A DNA stretch of 64,000 nucleotides from Alphaproteobacteria bacterium (GTDB lineage Bacteria; Pseudomonadota; Alphaproteobacteria; SP197). Both the position numbers and the translations under genes were made by a program. The stretch covers positions 5,344,001 through 5,408,000 of the forward strand of contig OZ245842.1 in the NCBI GenBank assembly GCA_965228895.1, read 5' to 3'. Numbering within the stretch: position 1 is the first letter of the stretch; each line of letters starts with the position of its first letter. This document shows positions 1 to 9,346 of this stretch, piece by piece. The notes under the pieces were generated by a model. That model was not told the origin of the DNA. It saw nothing but the letters and a program-made list of their open reading frames with translations, and searched no databases.

Positions 1-335
1 GAGAGCTGCGCAAGGCGTTGCGGCCGGTGCGCTGGGCGCTCGATGCCGTCAAATGGGTGATGCACAAGGTCATCGATCCCATCGTCAACGAGATCTTGAA
101 GGCGGTCGGCTTGAAGCGCCTCGTCGACAAACTCGAGCGTTCGCTCAATCCGCTCGCCGCCAAGCTTGCGCCGTTGAAGAAGGCGGCGGCGCCGTTGACC
201 CGGGCGGTCAAGGCGATCGGCCGCACCGACCGCATCGTCACGCCGCTGAACCGGATCCCCGAACTCGAGAAACGGATCTCGATGGCCATGCGCCCGTTGA
301 AGCAGCTGTCGACGACGACGCTGGCTGCGGCCTAG
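1..335 (+). CDS. 3' end of a hypothetical basic amphipathic alpha-helical protein (truncated by window edge)
   Basis: Frame open from window start (ELRKALRPVRWALD...) to TAG at 333-335; GC-rich third positions; no recognisable motif. Confidence 0.6.
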   Translation, partial: ELRKALRPVRWALDAVKWVMHKVIDPIVNEILKAVGLKRLVDKLERSLNPLAAKLAPLKKAAAPLTRAVKAIGRTDRIVTPLNRIPELEKRISMAMRPLKQLSTTTLAAA

Positions 336-402
336 GCGACCGCCTAGGACAGACCGAGTTGGAGCGGAGCCTCTGTGGACCGGATTTAGCCAATTGCTGA
401 CG

Positions 403-855
403 TCAAGGTCTGCCGGGATGATGCGCCACATAGGCAGTCCGTTGTCCCGGTTCAAAGCCACATTGTTCATAGAACCGATGAACTCTCGGGTCTTCGCGAC
501 CGCTCTGAAGGAGGACGTGATAGCAGTCACTAGACCACGCGGCGGTCAGTGCAGCCTCGACGACTGCACGACCATGACCTTGGCTTTGAAAGTTCGGGTG
601 CGTGACAACATTCTCGAGAAACGCGTGTTGCTGACCGTCGCGCAAGAGATTTGGTGATGTTATGAGCACGCAACTCGCGACGATCTTGTCGTCGAACTCT
701 GAAACGAAGACGCTAACACCTTCCCGAACCAGCATATCCCGCCATATCTGATCCGCCCGCTGCTTTGGTTGAGCAGCGGCACTAACGTCGCTGGCGTCAT
801 ACAGGTCAAGGATCGAAACGAGATCTTCTAAGACAGCTTGTCTAGTGTTGGGCAT
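403..855 (-). CDS. GNAT family N-acetyltransferase
   Basis: Motif A LENVVTHPNFQSQGHGRAVV and FYEQCGF; start placed at MPNTRQA (ATG 855). Confidence 0.85.
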   Translation of the reverse strand: MPNTRQAVLEDLVSILDLYDASDVSAAAQPKQRADQIWRDMLVREGVSVFVSEFDDKIVASCVLITSPNLLRDGQQHAFLENVVTHPNFQSQGHGRAVVEAALTAAWSSDCYHVLLQSGREDPRVHRFYEQCGFEPGQRTAYVAHHPGRP

Positions 856-955
856 TGGATAAACGCTCGATGTATGCAAATCGAAAGGACCCACCTCGAC
901 ATTCAAACAAATGATCAAACGCCGCAATCCCCCGCCGGTAAATCTATGCGTTCAC

Positions 956-1990
956 CTAACGCAAACCGAGATCGCGTAGCGCGTCCGCAGGCCGGATGGT
1001 GCCGACCTCGGTGCCCGCCCAGTTGCGCAGGGTCGATTGGCCGAGGCCCTTCAACGTCTGCCAGCCCCGGTCGTCGAGCGCGCCGAGTCGGCGCAGCACA
1101 TGGGCGACGACGACTTCGGAAGCGCGCCCTTCGACATCGCCATCGTCAATCTTGATGGCGACGCCCAATCCCTGTTCGGGCCAGGCCGCGCAGTAGATAC
1201 CTTCCGCGCCGGTCTTGCTGACGAAACGCCCGCGTCCGGCGCGCAACAGTGCGGTGCCGAACCGTTTGGTGCCGGCGACCATGACCGGATGGTCCGCCAT
1301 CGCCTTGACGATAGCGCGGCATGCATCGGCGCGTGTATCCGACAAGTCGCCGGGGTCGGCCAGGCGCGCCATGCCGAGGGCGAGCGCATGGAGCGGCATG
1401 GCGATGGTCGGCACACCGCAGCCGTCGATGGCGATGCTGGCTTTCGCGAGATCGACGCCGCACATGGCGGCCATGGTGTTGCAGACCTCGGCCTGGGCCG
1501 GATGGTCGATGTCGAGATAACCCCTGGGCGCAACATCCTTGTGGCGGCAGATCGTCAGAAAGCCCGCGTGTTTGCCCGAGCAGTTGTTGTGTTCGCGACC
1601 CGCCGTGCCCTGGGCGCGATAGAGATCGTGCAGCGCGTCGACGTCGTAGGGATCGTGGGCGCCGCATTCCAGATCCGTCACCGACAGGCCCAGGCGCAGC
1701 AGCCATTCGCGCACGGCGACGACATGAACCGTCTCCGCGTTGTGGCTGGCGCACGCCAACGCCAACTCCTCGTCGCTGACATCAAACGCCTGCGCGGCGC
1801 CGCTCTCGGCCATGACCAAAGATGACTGGATCGGCTTGATCGCCGAGCGCGGAAAGATCGCGCGTTCGGAATCGCCCAGCGCCAGCTTCACCTTGCCGTG
1901 TTTGTCGACAACGACAATCGAGCCGCGATGGCGGCTTTCGACCATGCCGCCACGGGTGACCTCGACAAGGATCGGCGTCTCATGCGCCAT
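956..1990 (-). CDS. L-asparaginase II (class 3, Rhizobium etli AnsA type)
   Basis: VESRHRG, FPRSAIKPIQ (SxxK), NNCSGKH, DGCG and SKTGAEG motifs. Confidence 0.9.
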   Translation of the reverse strand: MAHETPILVEVTRGGMVESRHRGSIVVVDKHGKVKLALGDSERAIFPRSAIKPIQSSLVMAESGAAQAFDVSDEELALACASHNAETVHVVAVREWLLRLGLSVTDLECGAHDPYDVDALHDLYRAQGTAGREHNNCSGKHAGFLTICRHKDVAPRGYLDIDHPAQAEVCNTMAAMCGVDLAKASIAIDGCGVPTIAMPLHALALGMARLADPGDLSDTRADACRAIVKAMADHPVMVAGTKRFGTALLRAGRGRFVSKTGAEGIYCAAWPEQGLGVAIKIDDGDVEGRASEVVVAHVLRRLGALDDRGWQTLKGLGQSTLRNWAGTEVGTIRPADALRDLGLR

Positions 1991-2034
1991 GGGCACTTGC
2001 CTTCGGGTCGGTTTCTACGTCAGGGTCGAGGATC

Positions 2035-2574
2035 ATGCGTGGATTCTTTGGTATCGGCGTCGAAGGTATCAGCAAAGCCGGCAACGTGGGCAACCTGTTT
2101 CGCTCGGCCCATGGCTTCGGCGCGAGCTTCCTGTTCCTGGTCGCGCCCGACCCGCGCATGGCGTTTCCCAGCGACACCTCGGCCAGCCAGCGCAACCTGC
2201 CCGTCTATACCTATGCCGGTATCGACGACATGCGGCTGCCGGAGGGCTGCCAGCTGGTCGGAGTCGAACTGACCGAGGGCGCGGTCGATCTGCCCAGCTT
2301 CCACCATCCCCACGGCGCGGCCTATGTGCTGGGGCCGGAACGGGGCAGCCTGTCGCCGGCCATGCTGGAACGCTGCGAGCACGTGGTGCGCATCCCGACC
2401 AGCTTCTGCATCAACGTCGCGACGGCTGGCGCGATTGTTATGTACGACCGCGTGCGCACCATGGGCCGTTTCGCCCACCGCCCGGTGTCGCCGATCATGC
2501 CGGCCGAACCCTTGCCGCGGCACGTTCACGGCGATCCCATTTCGCGCAAAAGGCCGCCACGGCGCGATCGGTGA
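2035..2574 (+). CDS. TrmH/SpoU family RNA methyltransferase
   Basis: NVGNLFRSAHGFG, LGPERGSL and CINVATAGAIVMYD SPOUT motifs. Confidence 0.9.
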   Translation: MRGFFGIGVEGISKAGNVGNLFRSAHGFGASFLFLVAPDPRMAFPSDTSASQRNLPVYTYAGIDDMRLPEGCQLVGVELTEGAVDLPSFHHPHGAAYVLGPERGSLSPAMLERCEHVVRIPTSFCINVATAGAIVMYDRVRTMGRFAHRPVSPIMPAEPLPRHVHGDPISRKRPPRRDR

Positions 2575-2606
2575 GGTTTTGTGCGCTTTAAGGCGCGGCA
2601 TCACCA

Positions 2607-2669
2607 GCCCACTCCCCCGCCCGGCCACCCCGAGGATGCTGCCATGGGTGGCCGGGCGGGGGAGTGGGC
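2607..2669. repeat. REP-like extragenic palindrome (perfect 24-bp stem, 15-nt loop)
   Basis: gcccactcccccgcccggccaccc / gggtggccgggcgggggagtgggc are exact reverse complements; an 8-bp hairpin follows at 2680-2699. Confidence 0.75.
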
Positions 2670-2797
2670 CGGCACCGGCGTCGAGCCCTTCGGCTCGACA
2701 CAGCAAGCAAATACGGCAAAGCGCCTTAGCTTTGCCCTGTTTCGGACATGCTGGTAAGACTACTCTTCAGGGGTCATCGACAAGCGGGTTGGACACG

Positions 2798-3310
2798 ATG
2801 CAGCAACGTGGACTTTTTCTGGTGGTGGTTTTGGCGGCAATGGTGGCGGCAGCCTCCGTCGCGCGCGCGCAGGAACCTCGCGCCATCGGCGTCTTCAACG
2901 ATTGGGTCGCCTATACCTACCAGTCCGGCAGCGAGAAGGTCTGTTACATCGGCAGCCAGCCGACGACGGACGAAGGCAACTATACCGAACGCGGCGATAT
3001 CTGGACGCTGGTGACCAACCGCAGCCCCGGCACCAAGGGCGTGGTCAGCATCATCATCGGCTACAATTTCAAGGAAAACTCCGACGTCACGATCAAGATC
3101 GGCAGCAACACCTATAGCCTGTTCACCCAGGGCGACACGGCCTGGACACGGGTCGAGGCCGATGACGCGTCGCTGGTGGCGGCCATGAAGGCGGGCAACC
3201 GGATGGAAGTACGCGGCGTGTCGTGGCGCGGCACCGAGACCAAGGACACCTATTCGCTCTCGGGCTTCACCAAAGCCTATGAGGCCATCACGACGGCCTG
3301 CGCGAGTTAA
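2798..3310 (+). CDS. Invasion-associated locus B (IalB) family exported protein
   Basis: Signal peptide, FNDWVAY..KVCY, MKAGNRMEV..DTYSLSGFTKA..C; typical position upstream of rlmN. Confidence 0.8.
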   Translation: MQQRGLFLVVVLAAMVAAASVARAQEPRAIGVFNDWVAYTYQSGSEKVCYIGSQPTTDEGNYTERGDIWTLVTNRSPGTKGVVSIIIGYNFKENSDVTIKIGSNTYSLFTQGDTAWTRVEADDASLVAAMKAGNRMEVRGVSWRGTETKDTYSLSGFTKAYEAITTACAS

Positions 3311-3387
3311 TGAGGCTACGAAAACACCGCCGTAGCGTCCCGGCCGTAGAGCCGGGACCCAAGAACACGGGCTTTGCCTATTGCGAT

Positions 3388-3416
3388 TTGGCTTAAGCGC
3401 CGTTCGTCTCTATATG
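3388..3416 (+). promoter_or_regulatory. Putative sigma70 promoter of rlmN (probably leaderless)
   Basis: TTGGCT-N17-TATATG ending 7 nt before ATG 3424; no Shine-Dalgarno. Confidence 0.4.
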
Positions 3417-3423
3417 TCGCGTC

Positions 3424-4548
3424 ATGGAAGACACCAGTCATAACGTCAGCGAACGCAAGAACCTGATCGGGCTTTCGCGCGCCGAATTGGCTGATGAGAT
3501 GGCGGCGTTCGGCGAAAAGCCGTTTCGCGTCAAGCAGTTATGGCATTGGATCTACTATCGCGGTGTGACCGATTTTGCCGCGATGACGACCCTTTCCAAA
3601 CCCCTGCGCGCCCGGCTGGCGGAGCACTACAGTCTCGACCGGCCCCATGTTGCGCGCCATCAGGTGTCTGAAGACCGGACCCAGAAATGGCTTTTGAAGG
3701 TCGCCGATGGTCACCTGATCGAGAGCGTGCATATCCCTGAAGAAGACCGCGGCGCACTCTGCATGTCGTCACAGGTCGGCTGTACGCTGACCTGCACGTT
3801 CTGCCACACCGGCACCCAGCGCCTGGTGCGCAATCTGACGCCCGGTGAGATCGTCGGCCAATTCATGCTGGCGCGCGACACGCTCGATGAGTGGCCGACG
3901 CCGAGCGACGGTGGTCGCCAGCTCTCCAACATCGTCATGATGGGTATGGGTGAGCCGCTCTATAACTTCGAGAACGTCAAGCAGGCGCTGCAGATCGTTA
4001 TGGACGAAGAGGGCATCTCGTTGTCGCGCCGGCGCATCACGTTGTCGACCTCCGGCGTCGTCCCGATGATGCAACGTTGTGGCGACGAACTGCGCGTCGA
4101 TCTCGCGGTCTCGCTGCACGCGGTGACCGACGACGTCCGCACACAGCTCGTCCCGCTCAACAAGAAGTATCCGATCGCCGAACTGCTCGACGCCTGCCGG
4201 CGCTACCCCGGCGCGAACAACGCGCGGCGCATCACGTTCGAATACGTCATGTTGAAGGACGTCAACGACAGCGATGCCGACGCCCGCGCGCTGGTCAAAC
4301 TGCTCAAGGGCATTCCGGCCAAGGTCAATCTGATCCCGTTCAACCCGTGGCCCGGCGCGCCTTACGAATGTTCGTCGAACAACCGCATTCACGCGTTCTC
4401 GCGCATCGTCAACGACGGCGGCCTCTCGGCGCCGGTGCGCCGGCCGCGCGGCCGCGACATTCTGGCGGCCTGCGGCCAGCTCAAATCCGACACGGTCAAG
4501 AAACGCAAAAGCGAATTGTTGCAAGAGCAGGCTGCCGCCGCCTCTTAA
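3424..4548 (+). CDS. rlmN: 23S rRNA m2A2503/tRNA methyltransferase RlmN
   Basis: [16 protein letters not shown] radical SAM motif, [15 protein letters not shown]. Confidence 0.97.
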   Translation: MEDTSHNVSERKNLIGLSRAELADEMAAFGEKPFRVKQLWHWIYYRGVTDFAAMTTLSKPLRARLAEHYSLDRPHVARHQVSEDRTQKWLLKVADGHLIESVHIPEEDRGALCMSSQVGCTLTCTFCHTGTQRLVRNLTPGEIVGQFMLARDTLDEWPTPSDGGRQLSNIVMMGMGEPLYNFENVKQALQIVMDEEGISLSRRRITLSTSGVVPMMQRCGDELRVDLAVSLHAVTDDVRTQLVPLNKKYPIAELLDACRRYPGANNARRITFEYVMLKDVNDSDADARALVKLLKGIPAKVNLIPFNPWPGAPYECSSNNRIHAFSRIVNDGGLSAPVRRPRGRDILAACGQLKSDTVKKRKSELLQEQAAAAS

Positions 4549-4763
4549 GCCAGCGGGTCGTCCCAGAACCAGCGCCGCGCTTCCTGACGGGCTTCGTAGT
4601 GCGAGACCCCGATATCCCGGAGGGTTCGCTCGTCGAGCCTGGCGAGTTGGCGCCGTTGACGCGACAGTTCATGCCAACGCCCGATCCGCTGGGCGACCCA
4701 GGCGGCGATACCGTCAGCCTTGCTGCTGCTGTGGCCGAGACCACTTAACGTGTTGGAATGCAT
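4545..4763 (-). CDS. DUF1127 small protein
   Basis: [27 protein letters not shown] signature; GGAGA RBS. Confidence 0.88.
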   Translation of the reverse strand: MHSNTLSGLGHSSSKADGIAAWVAQRIGRWHELSRQRRQLARLDERTLRDIGVSHYEARQEARRWFWDDPLA

Positions 4764-4837
4764 GGTCTTTCTCCGTTCGATGAATTGTTCCGTGGTCTAG
4801 AAATGGGCCATCGCACTTGATCAATCCAACGAATTGA

Positions 4838-4868
4838 ATAGATACTATCTATCAAGAACGTTGATAGA
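4838..4868. promoter_or_regulatory. LysR-type binding site(s)
   Basis: tctatcaa-N5-ttgataga perfect IR (4848-4868; ATC-N9-GAT, T-N11-A) overlapping ATAGAT-N3-ATCTAT (4838-4852), between divergent DUF1127 and LysR genes. Confidence 0.65.
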
Positions 4869-4879
4869 GGCGCTGTGCC

Positions 4880-5749
4880 ATGAACAACCTTGATACGGAT
4901 CTCTTAAGGAGCTTCCTGGCCATCGTGGACACTGGCAGCGTGACGCGTGCGGCCGAACAGGTGCACCGCACCCAGTCGGCCGTCAGCATGCAGATCAGGC
5001 GCCTGGAAGAAGCCGTCGGCAAGACGCTGTTTTCCCGCAACGGCCGCCAGATGGTCCTGACCAGCGACGGCGAGACCCTGGTCGGCTATGCGCGTCGCTT
5101 GATCCGTTTGAACGACGAAGCGGTAGCGCGGTTCTCCGGGCCGGAGCTGACCGGCGCGGTCAGGCTGGGCGTACCCGACGACTATGTCGCGCGTTTTCTG
5201 CCGACGGTTCTCGTGCGCTTTGCCAACGAGTATCCGATGGTCGAGGTCGAGGTCAGCACCGAAAACAGCATGCTGCTGGATCAGATGCTGCGCCGTGACG
5301 AACTCGACTTGGCGCTGATCAGTTGCGCGGTGGTCGAGGATCCCGGCGAACTGATCCATCGCGAGCCGATGGCTTGGGTCGTTTCCGCCAAGCACCTGGT
5401 GCACGACATCGATCCGGTGCCTTTGGCTTTGACCGAACCGGGCTGTCAGATGCGCTCGCACGCGCTCGCCGCGCTCGACAGTGTCGGCAAGTCCTATCGC
5501 ATCGCCTATTCCAGCCGCAGCTATACCGGCTTGGCGGTCTTCGTCAGCACCGGTCTGGCGGTCGCTGCCGTTGCCGAGAGCTCGGTCACGCCGGAGATGC
5601 GCGTCCTGACCGAAGACGAGGGCTATCCCGCCATGCCGCCGGTCGATGTCGGCCTGAAGCGCGCGCCGGGTTCGCGGACCGAGGCGACGGAAAAGCTGGC
5701 AGATGCGCTGATGGAGAGCGTGCGCGGTGCCGCCAACCTGGCGGCCTAG
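4880..5749 (+). CDS. LysR family transcriptional regulator
   Basis: HTH GSVTRAAEQVHRTQSAVSMQIRRLEE, VRLGVPDDY substrate-binding domain. Confidence 0.95.
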   Translation: MNNLDTDLLRSFLAIVDTGSVTRAAEQVHRTQSAVSMQIRRLEEAVGKTLFSRNGRQMVLTSDGETLVGYARRLIRLNDEAVARFSGPELTGAVRLGVPDDYVARFLPTVLVRFANEYPMVEVEVSTENSMLLDQMLRRDELDLALISCAVVEDPGELIHREPMAWVVSAKHLVHDIDPVPLALTEPGCQMRSHALAALDSVGKSYRIAYSSRSYTGLAVFVSTGLAVAAVAESSVTPEMRVLTEDEGYPAMPPVDVGLKRAPGSRTEATEKLADALMESVRGAANLAA

Positions 5750-5999
5750 CGAAAGGTTAATTCACCAGTCTTATGTGAAGTCTTTTCAGATCACGACCCC
5801 GCCTGAAAACGGCCAGCATTCCTGCGATTCCTGACGGTCACGACAACCGCGCGGCACCGTCGCTTGGCAGATTTGCGTGGATTTGGTGTTGTCATGTGAA
5901 GCCGCTTCACATGATCATTTTGTGTGTCACATGGTACGCGCCTTGCCAGCCAAATCTGTCGACGCCATGCTGCGGCCGACAAAATTATCGGGGGACGTC

Positions 6000-7229
6000 A
6001 TGGAAAAACGGCATGTGTGGCCGGACGATCATTGGAACTGGCCGATCACGATCTGCCACAAGCACGGGGTGCGTTGCGGTGAGATGATCTGGGTCGGCGG
6101 TCAGGTCGACCTGACGCCCGAAGGCGTGGTGCGGCATGCCGATGATCTGCCAACCCAGACGAAAGAGGTCATGGCCTATTTCGACCGGGTGCTCCGCGAC
6201 CTCGGCGCCGATCTTACCGACCTCGTGACCTTGCACTGTTTCTATGTCAACGACGGTTCGCTCAACGAAGCGGCGTTCCTCAAGATGGTCGGCGACACCT
6301 TGCCCGAAGGCGCCAAGCCGGCGGTCTCCGCGATACCGGTTCCCTATCTCGGCTATGCCGGCATGCGTGTCGAGATCGAAGGCTACGCCATGCTGGGCAA
6401 AGACGGCGCCAAACTTGCGCGCACCTATGCGCCGGACGATGGCGCGGGCGCCTTGCCGGTGCCTTTCGCGCGGGCGGTTCGCTGCGGCAAGATGATCTTC
6501 GTCAGCGCCCAGGCGCCGGTCGACGAGACGGGCGCGGTGATGGCCACAGGCGATATCGTGGCCCAGACCAAGCAGGTCATGAAACAGGTTGGCGACGCTC
6601 TTGGCGCGTTCGGTGCCGGCTACGACGACGTCGTCAAGATCAGCCGCTGGTATGCCGGCAATGTCGGCATCGACGATTTTGAACCGGCAGCGCTCGCCTG
6701 CGCCGGCCACTTTAACGAACCGGGACCGGCGGCGACCGGCATCCCGGTGCCGCGTCACGCCAACAGTGACGTCAAGATCAAGATCGGCGTGGTCGCCATG
6801 CTGGGCGAGGACGGCAGCCGCCTGCCGCGCAAGCACGTGTGGCCGGATTCGCTATGGGATTGGCACGTCCACCTGCCCTACAAACATGGCCTGAAATGCG
6901 AGGAGATGATCTTCCTGGGCGGCCAGGTCTCGCTCAACAAGAAGGGCGAAGCGGTGCATCCCGACGACCTGACGGCCCAGACCCATCAGGCCATGGAGCA
7001 TATCGGCACGATCCTGAACGAGCTGGGCGCGGACTATGACGATGTCTGCAAGGTGCTGGCGTTCTATCAGGGCGATTGCGGACCGGACGCGTTGCACGCC
7101 AATCTGCCGGTGCGCGCGTCCTATTTCTCCGATCCCGGCCCGGCGACAACCGGCATTCCCTTGCCGGCGTTGGCCTATCCGTCGATGGTCATCGAGATCG
7201 ATATCTTCGCCATGAAGGAAAAGGACTAG
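6000..7229 (+). CDS. Rid (YjgF/YER057c/UK114) family protein with three tandem domains
   Basis: Three repeats of CG(E/K)MI(W/F)xx(G/A)Q..D(L/I)xxQT and C-terminal (V/I)EI(E/D)-like strands. Confidence 0.85.
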   Translation: MEKRHVWPDDHWNWPITICHKHGVRCGEMIWVGGQVDLTPEGVVRHADDLPTQTKEVMAYFDRVLRDLGADLTDLVTLHCFYVNDGSLNEAAFLKMVGDTLPEGAKPAVSAIPVPYLGYAGMRVEIEGYAMLGKDGAKLARTYAPDDGAGALPVPFARAVRCGKMIFVSAQAPVDETGAVMATGDIVAQTKQVMKQVGDALGAFGAGYDDVVKISRWYAGNVGIDDFEPAALACAGHFNEPGPAATGIPVPRHANSDVKIKIGVVAMLGEDGSRLPRKHVWPDSLWDWHVHLPYKHGLKCEEMIFLGGQVSLNKKGEAVHPDDLTAQTHQAMEHIGTILNELGADYDDVCKVLAFYQGDCGPDALHANLPVRASYFSDPGPATTGIPLPALAYPSMVIEIDIFAMKEKD

Positions 7230-7239
7230 CCGCCTCTGT

Positions 7240-7758
7240 TCAGGCGACGTCGCGTGGCGTCGGTCCAAGCGACCCGGCCAGCCATTCATCGATGGTTTGT
7301 GCCAGACAGGTCGGCAGGATCACGTCGTTGGTCGCGGCAAGCGCGTCACGCGTCCACCATCTGACATCGCGCAGAAAGCCGAGCTCGTCCGCATGCTGGC
7401 GCGAAATATCGACGTCCGGTTCGATCGCCGCGTGCCGGGCGATGAACAGATGCTCGATGCATGCGGTGTGAACGCCCGCGATCAGCAGGTCATAACGGCG
7501 GCGCAGAACCGGCCCGTCGAACGTGATGCCCGTGAAACCGGTTTCCTCAAACAGTTCGCGCGACGCCGTCTGTTGCAGGCTTTCGCCGGCTTCCATGCCG
7601 CCGCCGGGCGTCACCCAGTAATCGACGAGGCCGGGATCGTTGGGATCGACATAGTGATGATCGTCGACATAGCGAAGCAACAGCGTGTTCGCGGCTCCGT
7701 CGAGCAGGATCACGCGCGCCGACCGGCGCACGGGCGAGTCGGTCGGGCGTTTGCTCAC
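7240..7758 (-). CDS. NUDIX hydrolase
   Basis: Nudix box GGGMEAGESLQQTASRELFEETG; GTG start overlaps upstream stop (GTGA). Confidence 0.88.
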   Translation of the reverse strand: MSKRPTDSPVRRSARVILLDGAANTLLLRYVDDHHYVDPNDPGLVDYWVTPGGGMEAGESLQQTASRELFEETGFTGITFDGPVLRRRYDLLIAGVHTACIEHLFIARHAAIEPDVDISRQHADELGFLRDVRWWTRDALAATNDVILPTCLAQTIDEWLAGSLGPTPRDVA

Positions 7759-8645
7759 GACGAACGTTCGCTGCGGGCATGCATGATCGACGAATTGAGC
7801 TCCGCGCCAAAGATGAAGACCAGCGCGCTGACGAAGAAGAACATCAACGCGCCGATGACGCCGCCCAGACTGCCATAGGTGACGGAGTAATTGCCGATGT
7901 TGCCGAGGTAGAGCGAATAGAGCGTCGCGACGGCCAGCCAGGCTAAGCAGGCGAACAGCGCGCCCGGCAGCACGTTGAACCATCGCTGACGTACGTTGGG
8001 CAGGAAACGGTAGAGCAGGCAGATAACCAGAAACAGGCCAAGCGCGCCGGTGGCGTAGCGGATGGTGTTGTAGAGCCCGTAGACATCGTCAGGGATCTCG
8101 AACAGGTAGTTTACGGTGTGCCAGATCAACGGCCCGATGACGATCGTGATCATGACGACGAGGATCGCCATGGCGCCCGCCACGACGAAGGCCAGCCCCT
8201 GCAAGCGGCGCCACCAGAAGGGACGTCGGCTCGGTACGCCATAGGCGCGGTCGAGCGCGGTGCGGACCGCCTCGACACCCGATGACGAAACCCAGAGCGT
8301 GCCGAGCAAGCTGATGGTCAAGATGCCGTCCTGGGGCGGCTGCAAGACGATGGCGGAAACGACGGGATAGAGCGCGCGCCCGACCTCGACCGGCAGATAC
8401 TCGAAAGCGTAGGCAATGAAATCCTTAACCTGATCGGTCTGACCGACAATGCCCGACAGCGACACCAGGAACACGATGAAGGGAAACAGGGCGAGCAAGG
8501 CGCTGAACGCCATGTAACCGGCCAGCGATGGGCCCTCGTGTGCGAAGAAACGGGTGATCGCCCGCCACACGGTGTGCCAGACCGACATCAGGACCCCGTG
8601 CCGCGCCGGTCTCGTGTGGTCGGTTTGGTCCACAGGTTGAGCCAT
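7755..8645 (-). CDS. YihY/virulence factor BrkB family membrane protein
   Basis: LALFPFIVFL, ALDRAYG, YRFLPN, YSVTYGSLGGVI..IFGAELN. Confidence 0.9.
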   Translation of the reverse strand: MAQPVDQTDHTRPARHGVLMSVWHTVWRAITRFFAHEGPSLAGYMAFSALLALFPFIVFLVSLSGIVGQTDQVKDFIAYAFEYLPVEVGRALYPVVSAIVLQPPQDGILTISLLGTLWVSSSGVEAVRTALDRAYGVPSRRPFWWRRLQGLAFVVAGAMAILVVMITIVIGPLIWHTVNYLFEIPDDVYGLYNTIRYATGALGLFLVICLLYRFLPNVRQRWFNVLPGALFACLAWLAVATLYSLYLGNIGNYSVTYGSLGGVIGALMFFFVSALVFIFGAELNSSIMHARSERSS

Positions 8646-8717
8646 CTGTGCCAATTTCGGCCAGACCGCCGCTCACGGCAAGCCCCGCGCGCCAAGCCGG
8701 GACTCATTGGATGTGCA

Positions 8718-8760
8718 GAAAAGCAAAGGGCCGGGAACCCCTAAGGATCCCCGGCCCTTC
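8718..8760 (-). terminator. Rho-independent terminator
   Basis: Minus strand aagggccgggg..cccggccctt hairpin followed by tgcttttc, downstream of 8789..9094. Confidence 0.6.
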
Positions 8761-8788
8761 TAACACCGCCGATACCGCAGATTGGGGA

Positions 8789-9094
8789 TCAGGTGGTAGA
8801 CGGGAGATTCTCAACGGGGGGTAGCCCGTGAGACACTGCGCAGCTCAGCGTCCCGTCATTCTCGGCGGTGCATAGGGTGACCTCACCGGTCGTCTCGTTC
8901 AGGCGCAGAATCCCGTCCTCGGTGTTGCCGAGGATGCGGTACGCCTCTGCTTGTGGCTGGCTGTCGCCGGCCACCGATTGTGCGATAGTGACGGAGGCAA
9001 ATGTCGCGAGCGCCATCGTCGTGCCGATGATGGCGATATAGCGCCGGGCCGTTTTCCGCGCCTGTGCCTCGGTCATTGTCTCAATCTGGTACAT
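8789..9094 (-). CDS. Small hypothetical exported protein
   Basis: Signal-peptide-like N-terminus, ILRLNETTGEVTLC..C; downstream terminator. Confidence 0.65.
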   Translation of the reverse strand: MYQIETMTEAQARKTARRYIAIIGTTMALATFASVTIAQSVAGDSQPQAEAYRILGNTEDGILRLNETTGEVTLCTAENDGTLSCAVSHGLPPVENLPSTT

Positions 9095-9346
9095 ACTGGT
9101 CCCTAAACCTGACTTACCCTGACAACCGATCGCGCTATCGGCCGTCCCTGGTGATGAGTTGAGCAAGCGCTGTGCCAATCCACTGTGCTTGCGGTCACGA
9201 AGCGCTTCCCTTAAACAGCCGCGCCGGGGGCGCGGTCTGGATAAGTCATCGCAGACTTGCGCTAACTCGTTGATCAAAGGTGATTTTTTGTACCAGGGCG
9301 AAACTGGCGATGCCGTGCCCTGAACCGTTCGGGCGGAAGGAAGAGC

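Noticed and set aside
2324-2797. Long N-terminal extensions of ORF-track calls (also 8789..9697, 7240..7983, 46879..48102, 14786..15577)
   Set aside because: Extensions overlap neighbouring genes or repeats and lack family similarity; downstream starts were chosen
5895-5911. CRP/FNR site
   Set aside because: TGTGA-N7-TCACA has the wrong spacing (N6 required); kept only as an unassigned IR
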